Assembly (NCBI GenBank): GCA_919903025.1
Contig: CAKKSE010000008.1
Coordinates: 16,334-80,333, forward strand
DNA from: Nitrospiria bacterium
GTDB taxonomy: Bacteria > Nitrospirota > RBG-16-64-22
Direction of reading: 5' to 3'
DNA length: 64,000 bases
Shown: positions 1 through 10,108 of the stretch, one piece after another
Position numbering within the stretch: position 1 is the first letter of the stretch
Layout: the number at the start of each line of letters is the position of its first letter
Position numbers and translations under genes: made by a program
Notes under the pieces: generated by a model
Seen by the model: the letters and a program-made list of their open reading frames with translations, nothing else
What the model was told of the DNA's origin: nothing
Databases searched by the model: none

Positions 1-1
1 C

Positions 2-1171
2 TTTCCCTTTCTCGAATTCGAAGAGCAGAAGGACCTCCTCTCCCGCTTCACCGAGCAGAACCTCAAGGAGATCATCGTCGAGATGTCGCCGGACGACCGG
101 ACTGACCTTCTGGACGAGCTCCCCGCCGGCGTCGTGAAGAGACTCCTCGTCCTCCTCGATCCCGCCGAGCGGGCCGTGGCGAACGAATTGCTCAACTACC
201 CCGAGTCATCGGCCGGACGCCTCATGACGCCGGAGTTCGTGGACTTGAACGCCGACATGACGGTGGACGAGGCCATCGAGCGGATCCGCAAGACGGGCCC
301 GGACAAGGAGACGATCTACTACGCCTACGTAACCGACGCCACGCGCACCCTCAAGGGGATGGTCTCCCTCCGAACGCTCCTTCTGGCCAAGCCCGGCACG
401 CGGATCGAGGAGATCATGAAGGAGGAGCCGATCCGCGTCCAGACGGCCGACGACCAGGAGAGCGTGGCCCACGTCATTCGGAAATACGACCTGCTGGCCG
501 TCCCGGTCGTGGACCGGGAAGAGCGGCTCGTCGGGATCGTCACGGTCGACGACGTGGTGGACGTCATCGCGGACGAAGCCACGGAAGACATTCAGAAGAT
601 GGGCGCGATCGAAGCGGCCGAGGAGGGATACTTCCAGACGGGATTCCTCTCCCTCGCCCGGCGCCGGATCCTCTGGCTCATGATCCTGCTCGTAACGGCG
701 ACGCTCTCGGGAAGCATCTTGGAGCACTACACGGCCGCGCTCCAGACAGCCGTCATCCTCGTATTCTTCATTCCGATGCTCATGAACACGGGCGGCAGTA
801 CGGGCACGCAGAGCGCCACGCTCATCATCCGCGGACTCGCCATGGGCGAGATCGACGTCCGGCAGGTCGGCCGCGTTCTATGGCGGGAGTCGCTCATGGG
901 AATTGTCCTGGGAAGCGCCATCGGCGTTTTGGGGTTCCTCCGCGCCATGTTCGTCCCCGGGAGCGACCCCCAGGTCTGGCTCACGGTCGGCCTCACGCTC
1001 ATCGTGACCGTCACGACAGCAAACCTCATCGGCGCCCTCCTTCCCATCGCGGCCAAGCTGCTCCGCGCCGATCCCGCGATCATGGCCGGCCCGTTCATCG
1101 CGACGATCATGGACGCCACGACTCTCCTCATTTACTTCGAGATCGCCCGCCGGCTCCTGGGAATCGGGTAG
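2..1171 (+). CDS. mgtE: Mg2+ transporter MgtE (5'-partial; reading frame is open to the window edge)
   Basis: N-terminal MgtE_N-like acidic helix, tandem CBS domains, and a C-terminal MgtE membrane domain including GGSTGTQSATL. No stop codon upstream in frame. Confidence 0.85.
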   Translation, partial: FPFLEFEEQKDLLSRFTEQNLKEIIVEMSPDDRTDLLDELPAGVVKRLLVLLDPAERAVANELLNYPESSAGRLMTPEFVDLNADMTVDEAIERIRKTGPDKETIYYAYVTDATRTLKGMVSLRTLLLAKPGTRIEEIMKEEPIRVQTADDQESVAHVIRKYDLLAVPVVDREERLVGIVTVDDVVDVIADEATEDIQKMGAIEAAEEGYFQTGFLSLARRRILWLMILLVTATLSGSILEHYTAALQTAVILVFFIPMLMNTGGSTGTQSATLIIRGLAMGEIDVRQVGRVLWRESLMGIVLGSAIGVLGFLRAMFVPGSDPQVWLTVGLTLIVTVTTANLIGALLPIAAKLLRADPAIMAGPFIATIMDATTLLIYFEIARRLLGIG

Positions 1172-1181
1172 GGACGCTCTG

Positions 1182-1529
1182 ATGCCGAACGACGAGATCC
1201 TCGAATCTCTCCTCGCCTTCCGCCGGGAGCGGGACTGGGAGAAGTTCCACACGCCGAAGGACCTGGCGATCTCGATCGTCCTGGAAGCGGCCGAGCTTCT
1301 CGAGGAGTTCCAGTGGAAAAGCCCGGAAGAAGTCGCCCGGCACTTGTCGAATGAAGGAAAGGACCGCGTCGCCGAAGAGCTGGCCGACCTCGCCATCTAC
1401 ATCAAGCTGATGGCCCATGACCTTGAGATCGACCTGGACTCGGCCGTCCGCGCCAAGATCGAGAAAAATCGCGCGAAGTACCCGGTCGGAAAGTCCCGCG
1501 GCACAGCGAAGAAGTACACGGATCTGTAG
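1182..1529 (+). CDS. MazG-like nucleotide pyrophosphohydrolase (small, single domain)
   Basis: 115 aa with the EExxE...EELADL pattern typical of the MazG/NTP-PPase all-alpha fold. The start is 11 nt after the mgtE stop. Confidence 0.55.
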   Translation: MPNDEILESLLAFRRERDWEKFHTPKDLAISIVLEAAELLEEFQWKSPEEVARHLSNEGKDRVAEELADLAIYIKLMAHDLEIDLDSAVRAKIEKNRAKYPVGKSRGTAKKYTDL

Positions 1530-1556
1530 CCGGCCGCCTTTCTCCCCCTCTCGCCG

Positions 1557-1593
1557 TTGACACGTCCTGGCGCGGCATGCTAGGTAGCATGCC
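1557..1593 (+). promoter_or_regulatory. TTGACA -35-like hexamer followed by a perfect 20-bp palindrome GGCATGCTAGGTAGCATGCC (operator-like), upstream of the small RHH-like ORF
   Basis: Read directly: TTGACA at 1557-1562, inverted repeat at 1574-1593, AGGAGG ribosome-binding site at 1610-1615, ATG at 1621. Confidence 0.4.
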
Positions 1594-1620
1594 GTGAAGA
1601 TTGCTCGATAGGAGGCCAAA

Positions 1621-1923
1621 ATGGCCGCGCAGCGCAAAGCCCAAATTGTTTTTCCCGACGATCTCCTGCACGCAGTGGACCGCCTGGTGGGCAGGCGGAA
1701 GCGAAGCGAGTTCGTCGTCTCGGCAACGCTGGAAAAGCTCGTGCGCATCCGGTTTCAGGACGTTCTCAAGAAGACCGCTGGAGCGTGGTCCGTGGCAAGG
1801 CACCCGGAGACACACACAGATGACCCTCACCCGCTGGCTCAAGCGGACGCGAAGGGCGGCCTACTGATAGAGGACGCCGAGGCGAACCGCCGCTCTCCGC
1901 AAGGGGGTGTCCGTCGTCCATAG
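1621..1923 (+). CDS. Small ribbon-helix-helix/CopG-like DNA-binding protein (orphan antitoxin-like), weak call
   Basis: N-terminal sequence AQIVFPDDLLHAVDRLVGRRKRSEFVVSATLEKL resembles RHH antitoxins. Strong ribosome-binding site. The 3' end overlaps convergent vapC by 63 nt. Confidence 0.35.
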   Translation: MAAQRKAQIVFPDDLLHAVDRLVGRRKRSEFVVSATLEKLVRIRFQDVLKKTAGAWSVARHPETHTDDPHPLAQADAKGGLLIEDAEANRRSPQGGVRRP

Positions 1924-2220
1924 CTGAACGTTCGTCAGCAAGGCGGAGGCAAGCAGATGAGCGTCGACAAGACCAACCCCCGTTCCCATCAACCGTCTGG
2001 TCTCGATGAAGCTGAGGAGCTCGTCGTTCTCCACCGCCTTGGCCCGCGGGAGGGCCTGGAGAAGAGAAAGAACCTCGTTTCTGTTGCGCAGATGTCCGAG
2101 GGAAATTTCGCCAACGACGGACGGATGACAGAGTACCGCCCCGTCCAACAGCAATTCCCGCAAATGGACGTTTCCCTCCCGAAGGTGAGAAATCCAGATC
2201 GAGGTGTCGACCAGCACCAT
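1861..2220 (-). CDS. vapC: PIN-domain toxin VapC
   Basis: MVLVDTSIWI...D...acidic residues typical of the PIN fold. Start lies 3 nt downstream of the vapB stop. Confidence 0.8.
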   Translation of the reverse strand: MVLVDTSIWISHLREGNVHLRELLLDGAVLCHPSVVGEISLGHLRNRNEVLSLLQALPRAKAVENDELLSFIETRRLMGTGVGLVDAHLLASALLTNVQLWTTDTPLRRAAVRLGVLYQ

Positions 2221-2222
2221 CT

Positions 2223-2420
2223 TCAGCGCTTTGCGGCCCGTCTTCTCCGGACCGGCAGAAGGCGCTTTTCCGTCCCGCCGAGGTCAGCGAGTCGTCTGCC
2301 GCTTTCCCGGGCGATCAATGCCTCCAGCCCCATCTTCACGAGAGCGGTCTTCTCAGATACTCCGGTCAGCCTGGATGCTCTTGTCAGGACCTTCTCGTCG
2401 ATGTTCAGCGTCGTTCTCAT
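2223..2420 (-). CDS. vapB: VapB-type antitoxin (65 aa)
   Basis: MRTTLNIDEKVLTRASRLTGVSEKTALVKMGLEAL... is a classic VapB/MazE-like N-terminus. I trimmed the frame from the longer 189-aa ORF to the internal ATG at 2418-2420. Confidence 0.7.
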   Translation of the reverse strand: MRTTLNIDEKVLTRASRLTGVSEKTALVKMGLEALIARESGRRLADLGGTEKRLLPVRRRRAAKR

Positions 2421-2452
2421 GCATATTAGTATGCATGGCTCGTATGCGTTCG

Positions 2453-5152
2453 TCAAGCCCTCCCCAGCCACCCCTTCCGCACGGCGAGTTTCGCCGCTTC
2501 GAGAACCGGAAAGATCGTGAGCGCCGCCGCGACGGGCACAACGAGATCCGCCGGAGACAGACTCGCCGTCTGGAACACGTCGCGGAGCCCGGGCGCGTAG
2601 ACCACGGCCGCGAGAAGGGCGATCTCCCAAGCGATCGCGATGTTCAGCCACCGGTTCGACCAGAACCCCGAGCCAAAGATGGAATGGCGGTCCGAGCGAA
2701 AGTTGTACGCCTTGCCGAATTCGATCAGGATGAGCGTCACGAAGACCGTTCCCATCGCCCGCTGAACGCTTGCGCCCGTGGAGAGAAGCCACGCGAAGAG
2801 ACCCATGTTCACGCCCGCCGACCAGAGACCGCCGACGGCCATGAGGGCCACGACCGGCCGTGTGAAGATGCCTTGGCGCGGGTCGCGCGGGGGGCGTTCC
2901 ATGAGGTCCTTTTCCGGCGGATCGAAGGCGAGGGCCAGCGCCGGAAGACCGTCCGTGGCGAGGTTGACGTAGAGGATCTGGACGGCCGAGAGGGGCAGAG
3001 GGTAGCCGAGAAGCGTGGCGGACGCCATCAGAACGATCTCGCCCACGTTCGCGGACAGGAGGTACATCAGGTACTTCTTGATGTTCCCGAAGATCCCCCG
3101 CCCTTCCTCCACGGCCGCGACGATGGACGCGAAGTTATCGTCGGTGAGCGTCATGGCCGCCGCCTCGCGCGAGACGTCCGTCCCCGTGATCCCCATCGCG
3201 ATCCCGATGTCGGCCTTCTTGAGGGCCGGGGCGTCATTGACGCCGTCGCCCGTCATGGCGACGACGTGGCCCCTTCCCTGGAACGCCTCCACGACCATCA
3301 GCTTGTGGGCGGGAGAGACCCGGGCATAGACGCGGATCTCCTCGACGACCCTCGCGTGCTCTTCCGCGCCCATCGCATCGAGGTCCGCCCCGGTCATCAC
3401 CCGCCCGTCCTTGAGGAGTCCGATCTCCCGGGCAACCGCCTCGGCGGTGAAGCGGTGATCGCCCGTGATCATGACCGGGAGGATCCCCGCCGCTTCGCAT
3501 TTCCGGATCGCCTCCGGGACCTCCTCGCGCGGCGCGTCATAGATGCCGACGAGACCCAGGAGCGTCATTCCCCGCTCGCCTTCTTCGGCCGAGTAGGCCT
3601 CGGGCAGGGCCCGGTCCGCAAGGGCGAGCACGCGAAGGCCCCGGCCGGCCAGTCTTCGCGCCTCGTCGAGGATCCTCTCGCGCGCGGGGGGATCGAGGAG
3701 GGTTTCTCCTGACGGTGTCGCGCGCCGCTCGCAGGCGGCGAGGATCACCTCCGGCGCTCCTTTGGAGCAGGCGAAGAGACCGTCCGGCCCGCGGTGGAAC
3801 GTGGTCATCCGCTTCCGCTCGGAGGAAAACGGAGCCTCGCCGATTCGTGGAGCTTCGTTCTCCAGGGAGGCTTTCTCCATTCCCGCCTTCGCCGCCGCGA
3901 CCACGAGGGCCCCTTCCGTCGGATCTCCCGCGATTTGCCACCCCGCCTCCCCCCTCCGCAAGCGGGAGTCATTACAGAGGGCGCCCGCCCTCAGCAGACG
4001 AACCAGATCGGACCAGAGCGAATCCGTCGTCCCGACGGGAATCCCGCCCCGCTGAAGGCCGCCTTCCGGCTCGTATCCCGAGCCCGTCACGTCGATCTCC
4101 TCTCCGGCCAAAACGATTCGCCGGACGGTCATCTCGTCCTTCGTGAGCGTTCCAGTCTTGTCCGTGCAGATCACGGACGTGGAGCCGAGCGTCTCGACGG
4201 CCGGGAGGCGCCGGACGAGCGCGTTTCGCCTGACCATCCTCCGGACGCCCAGGGCGAGCGACACGGTCACAACGGCCGGCAGGGCCTCCGGAACGACGGC
4301 CACGGCCAGGGCGATCCCCCAGACGAACATCTGGAAAAGCGGCTCGCCCCTCAGGAGTCCCGCGCCGACGATCAGGGCCACGACAACGAGCCCGGCCTGG
4401 ACGAGCCGTTTGCCGACGCGGTCCAGCTCCTTCTGGAGCGGCGTCCTCCCCCGCTCGACGGTCTGAAGCATTCCGGCGATCTTCCCGAACTCCGTCGTCA
4501 TGCCCGTCTGAACGACGACCCCGCGCCCCCGCCCGTACGTCAAGGCCGTTCCCGCGTAGAGCATGTTCCGCCTGTCTCCCAGGGAGGCTCCGGCCTCGGA
4601 GACGAGCGAAGCGTCCTTCTCCACGGGCATCGATTCGCCCGTCAGGACCGCCTCCATCGCCTGAAGGTTGACCGCCTCGATCAGCCGCGCGTCGGCCCCC
4701 ACCTTGTCGCCCGTATGCAGGACGAGGAGGTCGCCCGGAACCAAGTCCCGTGCGGGAACCTGCCTCTCCTCGCCGTCCCGAAGGACGGTCGCCGCAGGCG
4801 CGGCGAGAGCCCGGAGCGCCTCGACGGCCCGTTCGGCCCGGTACTCCTGAATAAACCCCATGACGACGGCGAGGAGAACGATCGCCCCGATGACGACAGC
4901 CTCGGCGGCGTGACCCATCAAGGCCGAGAGCGCAACGGCGACAAGGAGGACGGCGAGAAGGACGTTCTTGAACTGGTTGAAGAAGATGGAGAGAGGCGAG
5001 ACGCCAGCGGTTTCTTTGAGCTCGTTCGGGCCGTACTCAGCCAGCCGCCTCAGGGCCTCCTGCTCGGAGAGACCGCCGGCGGAGGAACCGACCTCCCGCA
5101 AGACGTCCTCGGCGGCGAGGGAATGCCATGGAATGGTCTGTAGGCGATTCAT
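2453..5152 (-). CDS. P-type cation-transporting ATPase (P2-type, Ca2+/Mg2+-like)
   Basis: 899 aa with DKTGTLT phosphorylation motif, TGES, GDGVNDAPAL hinge and 10 predicted TM segments. Confidence 0.9.
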   Translation of the reverse strand: MNRLQTIPWHSLAAEDVLREVGSSAGGLSEQEALRRLAEYGPNELKETAGVSPLSIFFNQFKNVLLAVLLVAVALSALMGHAAEAVVIGAIVLLAVVMGFIQEYRAERAVEALRALAAPAATVLRDGEERQVPARDLVPGDLLVLHTGDKVGADARLIEAVNLQAMEAVLTGESMPVEKDASLVSEAGASLGDRRNMLYAGTALTYGRGRGVVVQTGMTTEFGKIAGMLQTVERGRTPLQKELDRVGKRLVQAGLVVVALIVGAGLLRGEPLFQMFVWGIALAVAVVPEALPAVVTVSLALGVRRMVRRNALVRRLPAVETLGSTSVICTDKTGTLTKDEMTVRRIVLAGEEIDVTGSGYEPEGGLQRGGIPVGTTDSLWSDLVRLLRAGALCNDSRLRRGEAGWQIAGDPTEGALVVAAAKAGMEKASLENEAPRIGEAPFSSERKRMTTFHRGPDGLFACSKGAPEVILAACERRATPSGETLLDPPARERILDEARRLAGRGLRVLALADRALPEAYSAEEGERGMTLLGLVGIYDAPREEVPEAIRKCEAAGILPVMITGDHRFTAEAVAREIGLLKDGRVMTGADLDAMGAEEHARVVEEIRVYARVSPAHKLMVVEAFQGRGHVVAMTGDGVNDAPALKKADIGIAMGITGTDVSREAAAMTLTDDNFASIVAAVEEGRGIFGNIKKYLMYLLSANVGEIVLMASATLLGYPLPLSAVQILYVNLATDGLPALALAFDPPEKDLMERPPRDPRQGIFTRPVVALMAVGGLWSAGVNMGLFAWLLSTGASVQRAMGTVFVTLILIEFGKAYNFRSDRHSIFGSGFWSNRWLNIAIAWEIALLAAVVYAPGLRDVFQTASLSPADLVVPVAAALTIFPVLEAAKLAVRKGWLGRA

Positions 5153-5169
5153 GGGCGGTGTCGAAGGAA

Positions 5170-5610
5170 CTAAAGCAGGCCCCTTTTCATGGCGCTCAAG
5201 AACGCCTCCGGCCCGAGAACCAGGATCCCCTCATATTCGCGGACATCCAGGAGATGGGCATCGCGGCTCACTATGTAGCGCGCGCCCGTCTTCAGCGCGA
5301 GATGGAAGAACTTGTCGTCGTCCGGGTCAGCCGGCACGATCCTCTCGCGGCCGCGGCTGTCGCCGAGATGGGAGCTCTCCTTGAGGAGCCCGATGAAGGC
5401 CTCGATTCTGTTGGCCGACCAGCCGAGAAGCGTACGTATTCTGGGATAGGAGAGAACGCGGCGGACTTCGGCCAGGATCTCGTTCGACAGCACCAGTTCG
5501 TATCTTGCCTCCCCTTCGAGTCCCGACGCCTTCAGGATCTCGAAGGACGGCCCCGTCGGGCCAAGAAGCGCCGAGACGATCTGGTTCGTATCCAGAACGA
5601 CCCGAATCAT
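5170..5610 (-). CDS. PIN-domain toxin (PIN_3 family)
   Basis: MIRVVLDTNQIVSALL...RDAHLL pattern. Overlaps the upstream antitoxin by 4 nt. Confidence 0.75.
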   Translation of the reverse strand: MIRVVLDTNQIVSALLGPTGPSFEILKASGLEGEARYELVLSNEILAEVRRVLSYPRIRTLLGWSANRIEAFIGLLKESSHLGDSRGRERIVPADPDDDKFFHLALKTGARYIVSRDAHLLDVREYEGILVLGPEAFLSAMKRGLL

Positions 5611-5888
5611 CCTGGCCGAGCGCGACGCCTCGCCCAGCGAACCGCCTGGTCAATCAGGCGCTCGATCTCCTCCGCCTTCTTCCCCTTGTTCCTTTCGTGG
5701 ACGTCCTCGATGATGGCCAACAGCGCCTTCTTCGACGCCTCGTGTCTCTCGAGAATCTCGATGGGAACGATCGCGGCGGCCGGCTTCCCCTTCTTGCTGA
5801 TGACGTAGTGGTCTCCCCGAAGACGAGCGCCATCCACCAGGTCTCCCAGCCTCTTCCGCGCATTCTCGACCGTCACGCTTCGGCTCAT
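5607..5888 (-). CDS. Phd/YefM-family antitoxin
   Basis: SVTVENARKRLGDLVDGARLRGDHYVISKKGKPAAAIVPIEILE is a typical Phd/YefM N-terminus. Start set at the internal Met (cat at 5886-5888). Confidence 0.7.
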   Translation of the reverse strand: MSRSVTVENARKRLGDLVDGARLRGDHYVISKKGKPAAAIVPIEILERHEASKKALLAIIEDVHERNKGKKAEEIERLIDQAVRWARRRARPG

Positions 5889-5979
5889 GGCTTCCTCCTG
5901 ATCCTTACAGAACTTACTAACAATGATAATTCCTGAGGGCAAGAAAGTAAAGCTCTCCCGTGGAGCGAGGAGGCCCTGA

Positions 5980-6993
5980 TCACCGCCCGCCTCTCTCCAG
6001 GATGTAGACCCCATAGGCGTTGAGAAAGTAGATCGCGAAGATCGCAGCGGCGACCCAGCTCAGGCGCAAGCCCCGCTTCGTCTCCGGCTGATAGAAGAGG
6101 GCCAGGATGGCGATCCCGCTCATAATGATCGCGGAGAGGGCCGGAAGGAAATGCGTGCGGGAGACATGCGCGAGAATGGGGCCAGGGGTGTAGAGGAGAT
6201 CATTCACGGCCAAGATGGCTAGGTTGAAGAGGTTGCTCCCCAGGAGTCCCCCAATGGCAAGGTCGATGGCGCCCATCCTCAGCGCCGCGAGCGAAGTCAC
6301 AACTTCCGGCAGCGTGGTGGCCATAGCAATGAGGAGCGTTCCTACGAACGTCTGCCCCCACCCCGTGGCCTCGGCTAGGTCCTCACCGACAAACGGCAGC
6401 CAAGCGGCCGCGGCGATGATCGCGGTCGCGTTCAGGGCAAACCCCCGGTAGGCTCTCGCCGAAGAGAACTCTTCGTACTCGCGGACCGCCTTCAGTTCTT
6501 CCCGAATCTTCCTCCGTTCGAACCGGAAGATCACCCGCATCCCGATGACGTAGAAAACGAGGAGGAGCGGTGTATACAGCCCGACCCAGGAGAGCCGAAG
6601 AGGAACTCCCATTCCGCTCATGAGGAGACCGACGGCCGCGATGCCCAGCATGACGACGCCGAACCCCGCCGCAAGAATATGCCCCTGCTCCGCCCGGGAG
6701 AGGACGGCGCCCGGGCGGTAGAGCAGGTCCAGTACGGCAATGACCGTCAGGTTGATCATGCAGGCGCCCAGCACATCCCCGACGGCGATGTCGGGCAAAT
6801 CCGCCGCCGTCACGGCACTTGCCCCCGTGATCAACTCCGGGAGAGATGTGACGGAGGCCATCAGGACGACGCCGATCCACGTCCGGCCCATTCCCGTCTT
6901 CTCGGCGATGATGTCCCCGTACCGCGTCAGGCGCACTCCCGCCGCGAGGATCAACAGCATGCACGCCGCGAATTGAAGCCAGATGGACAGCAT
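5980..6993 (-). CDS. CaCA-family cation/Ca2+ antiporter (YrbG-like)
   Basis: Two alpha-repeat regions (GxSxPE..., GNLLGSNLFN) and about 10 TM segments. Confidence 0.75.
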   Translation of the reverse strand: MLSIWLQFAACMLLILAAGVRLTRYGDIIAEKTGMGRTWIGVVLMASVTSLPELITGASAVTAADLPDIAVGDVLGACMINLTVIAVLDLLYRPGAVLSRAEQGHILAAGFGVVMLGIAAVGLLMSGMGVPLRLSWVGLYTPLLLVFYVIGMRVIFRFERRKIREELKAVREYEEFSSARAYRGFALNATAIIAAAAWLPFVGEDLAEATGWGQTFVGTLLIAMATTLPEVVTSLAALRMGAIDLAIGGLLGSNLFNLAILAVNDLLYTPGPILAHVSRTHFLPALSAIIMSGIAILALFYQPETKRGLRLSWVAAAIFAIYFLNAYGVYILERGGR

Positions 6994-7012
6994 GGTCTCC
7001 GGCTGAACGGGC

Positions 7013-8296
7013 TCAGGCGTACCTGAGCCACCAGTAGAGACTGGCGATCGCGATCGAGAACAGCATCAGCGGAAACGCCAACAGCATGAACGGGAGGAAC
7101 CGGATCGGCTGGCCCGCCCGCTCGGCGAACCCGGCGACGATCAGGTTGGCCGAGGCGCCGATGATCGAGCCGTTGCCGCCGAGGCAGGCCCCGAGCGCGA
7201 GCGCCCACCAGAGGGGGCGGATGGCCTCATCGCCTCCGAACGAGGGCCCCATGCCCTTGATAATCGGGATCATCGTCGCCACGAAGGGAATGTTATCCAC
7301 CAAGGCGGAGAAGACGGCCGAGCCCCACATGATGACCATCCCCGCCAGGAAGAGGTTTCCCCTCGTGAGGTCGGCCAGTTGGCCGGCCAGGATGTTGAGA
7401 AGCCCCGCCTTCTCCAGGCCGTGGACGAGCATGAACAAACCGACGAAGAAGAAGATCGTCACCCACTCGACCTCGCCGAACGTGTGGTGAAAATCCTTGC
7501 CGGACCACCAGAGGAGAACCACGGCGCCCGTCAAGGCGATGATGGCCGGCTCCAGGTGGAGGGAATGCGCCATCGTGAAGCCCGCGATCACTCCCGCGAG
7601 CACGGCCATCGACTTCCACAGGAGGACCCGGTCGCTGATGGCGTCCCCCTCCCGGAACTCCATGATCCGCTCCCGATCCTCCTCTGCAACCTTCATCTTG
7701 CGCCCCCAGATAAGGTAGAGGGGAAGAAGCGTGGCAAGAAAGATGACGACCGTCACGGGCGCAAGATGGATCACAAAGTCCATGAACGACAGCCCGGCGG
7801 CCGAGCCGATCAGGATGTTAGGCGGATCGCCGACGAGCGTCGCCGTCCCACCGATATTGCAGGCAAAGATCTGCGCGAACAGGAACGGGTAGGCCGAAAC
7901 CTTCAGGGCATCGGCGATCAGCATCGTCACGGGCGCCACGAGAAGGACCGTCGTCACGTTGTCCAGCAGGGCCGAGAGTACGGCCGTGACGACGGCCAAT
8001 ACGACCAGGATCGGCCACGGCCGCCCGCCCACCTTCTTGGCCGACCAGATGGCGAGGAACTGGAACACCCCCGACTTCTGGGTGATCGCCACGATCACCA
8101 TCATCCCCACGAGGAGGAAGATCGTGTTCAGGTCGATCCCTTTGAACGCGTCGGCCTGCGACTGGATGCCCGCGAAGATCATGATCGCGGCGCCCAGGAG
8201 CGCGATCACGGCGCGGTTGACCTTCTCCGTCATGATAGCGATGTACGTGGCGATGAAGATGCCCGTGGCAACGACGAGCGCGGCGGTTCCCGTCAC
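7013..8296 (-). CDS. ArsB/NhaD-superfamily anion permease (CitMHS/YbiR-like)
   Basis: 427 aa polytopic protein with IGGTATLVGDPPNILIG and duplicated halves. Confidence 0.65.
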   Translation of the reverse strand: MTGTAALVVATGIFIATYIAIMTEKVNRAVIALLGAAIMIFAGIQSQADAFKGIDLNTIFLLVGMMVIVAITQKSGVFQFLAIWSAKKVGGRPWPILVVLAVVTAVLSALLDNVTTVLLVAPVTMLIADALKVSAYPFLFAQIFACNIGGTATLVGDPPNILIGSAAGLSFMDFVIHLAPVTVVIFLATLLPLYLIWGRKMKVAEEDRERIMEFREGDAISDRVLLWKSMAVLAGVIAGFTMAHSLHLEPAIIALTGAVVLLWWSGKDFHHTFGEVEWVTIFFFVGLFMLVHGLEKAGLLNILAGQLADLTRGNLFLAGMVIMWGSAVFSALVDNIPFVATMIPIIKGMGPSFGGDEAIRPLWWALALGACLGGNGSIIGASANLIVAGFAERAGQPIRFLPFMLLAFPLMLFSIAIASLYWWLRYA

Positions 8297-8757
8297 TTCG
8301 CAGCTCCGCCGTACGGGATTTCCCGGAGGGAATCCATCTGCTTGAGGATGTCCCAGATGCCGATCACGCCCAGGATCCGGCCATCGCCGTCCACCACCGC
8401 CGCGTTGTGCGCCCGGTGCCCGCGGCGGAAGAGGAGCGTTGCCGCCTCCAGGACGGACGTCTCCGGCGACACGCGCTCGAAATCGGTCGTCATGACATCG
8501 CTCACAGGCTTTTCCCCCATCTCTTCGAGCCGTTGATAGGTCGTCGAGAGGTCCGGGGCGAACGACACGTCCTTCAAGTCCCCCGATACGATGTAGGATG
8601 GAAGGGCCTGGCGGAGCAGGTCGAAGGTAGAAAGCATCCCCACGACCCGCCCGGCATCGTCCACGACCGGGAGGTCGTGGAGACGGTGGGCCGCCACAAC
8701 CTTGAGAGCGTCGCGAACCATCTGGTTTCGATCGAGGACGACGACGCTGGATGTCAT
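8293..8757 (-). CDS. CBS-pair domain protein
   Basis: Two CBS motifs (MTSSVVVL..., VMTTDFERVSPETS...). The ORF extends to 8877, but the Met at 8755-8757 matches the usual CBS-pair start. Confidence 0.65.
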   Translation of the reverse strand: MTSSVVVLDRNQMVRDALKVVAAHRLHDLPVVDDAGRVVGMLSTFDLLRQALPSYIVSGDLKDVSFAPDLSTTYQRLEEMGEKPVSDVMTTDFERVSPETSVLEAATLLFRRGHRAHNAAVVDGDGRILGVIGIWDILKQMDSLREIPYGGAAK

Positions 8758-8890
8758 GATGTCACGGGCTTTCACGGCTGCTCCTTTCGTTCGGTAACGG
8801 ACGGCTGGCTCATCGACGGCGGAGCGGGACTTCTCCCCCGCCGCGACTACCGTAACCGGGCCGGAAGTCCGGGGCAAGTGAAATCGGTTT

Positions 8891-10108
8891 TCAGGACCGG
8901 GGGAAACGCACCCAGACGGCGAGCCCGATGAGCGCCGCCGCCGCGGACAACGCGAACAGCATCGGCGCGCCGGCCGATTCGTAGAAGAACCCGTTCACCA
9001 CCTGCCCCACGCCGATCCCAATGCCGAAGGAGAGGCTTCCGTAGACGACCTGCCCCATCGTCCGGAGACGCTCGGGGACGATCCGGTAAACGTGAAGAAT
9101 CGAGGCAACATGGAACGCACCGAAGGAGAAAGCGTGAAGCGTCTGGGCGAGGAAGAGGAGCGGCAATGAGAGCGTCGAGGCCGTGAGCGCCCAGCGGGCG
9201 GCCGCCAGGGCGAGCGAGGCACCGAGAACGGCCCGAACGCCGAGTCGGTCGATCATCCAGCCCGAAGCGAACATCACGAGGATCTCCGCCGCGACGCCCG
9301 TCCCCCAGAGAAGCCCGACGACAGACTTGGAGAACCCCACGCCGTCCAGGTAGATCGTGAAGAACCCGTAGTACGTCCCGTGGGAGAGCTGCATGAGCAA
9401 TCCCGCGATCACGATCCGGCGGTAGGCGGGATCCGCCAAGAGGCCTCGGAGGCCGTCCCCCCCGTCTTGCGGCGGCGCGTCCCCCCGGGGCGTGACGAAC
9501 GTCAACAGAAGGTTCGAGAGAAGGATGGCCGTCAGGATCGGGACGACGGCATCGGTTGAGCGCAGATCGATGGCGATTCCCGTCGCGACAACAAGAACGA
9601 TGAACCCAATCGACCCCCAGAGGCGGACGCGCCCGTAGTCGCTTCCCGACCGGTCGAGGCTCTCCAGGACGGTCACCTCGACGAGCGGATGGTGCGCCGT
9701 CCAGAATGCGGCGAACACGAGGAGGACTGCGGCCATCGCCGCAAAGCCCGACGGGAGGGCCAGCATCGCCCCCGCCGCGAGGGCCCCGGCCGCCGCAACG
9801 AGGGCGAGTCCTTTCCGGTTCGCCCTTCGGTCGGCCGCCCGCGCCCAGAAGGGCGGGATAATCGTCTTGCAGACGGGGATGATCGCGGCCAGAAGGCCGA
9901 TCTCGGCCGCCGAGAATCCCCTTCGCGCGAGGAAGAGATTGAAGTACGGAAGCAGGACACCGAGCGCGGCGAAGACAGAGAAGTAAAAGGCGCGGAGGAC
10001 CAGGATGTCTCGCGCGTCCGAAGTGGATGTGACCGGCTCTTGCACCGCCGCAAGATACGGCGGCGGACGGAAGAGTGTCAATCGAAGAACCCCAATTACC
10101 GAGAGCAA
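8891..10108 (-). CDS. MFS transporter
   Basis: 12-TM profile with MFS signature loops (GxxxDRxGRR-like). Confidence 0.75.
   Translation of the reverse strand: MLSVIGVLRLTLFRPPPYLAAVQEPVTSTSDARDILVLRAFYFSVFAALGVLLPYFNLFLARRGFSAAEIGLLAAIIPVCKTIIPPFWARAADRRANRKGLALVAAAGALAAGAMLALPSGFAAMAAVLLVFAAFWTAHHPLVEVTVLESLDRSGSDYGRVRLWGSIGFIVLVVATGIAIDLRSTDAVVPILTAILLSNLLLTFVTPRGDAPPQDGGDGLRGLLADPAYRRIVIAGLLMQLSHGTYYGFFTIYLDGVGFSKSVVGLLWGTGVAAEILVMFASGWMIDRLGVRAVLGASLALAAARWALTASTLSLPLLFLAQTLHAFSFGAFHVASILHVYRIVPERLRTMGQVVYGSLSFGIGIGVGQVVNGFFYESAGAPMLFALSAAAALIGLAVWVRFPRS

Noticed and set aside
2204-5143. Long plus-strand ORFs (502 aa, 449 aa, others) opposite the P-type ATPase
   Set aside because: They are Arg/Pro/Gly-rich low-complexity translations of the antisense strand of a well-supported gene. 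This is a typical high-GC shadow ORF.
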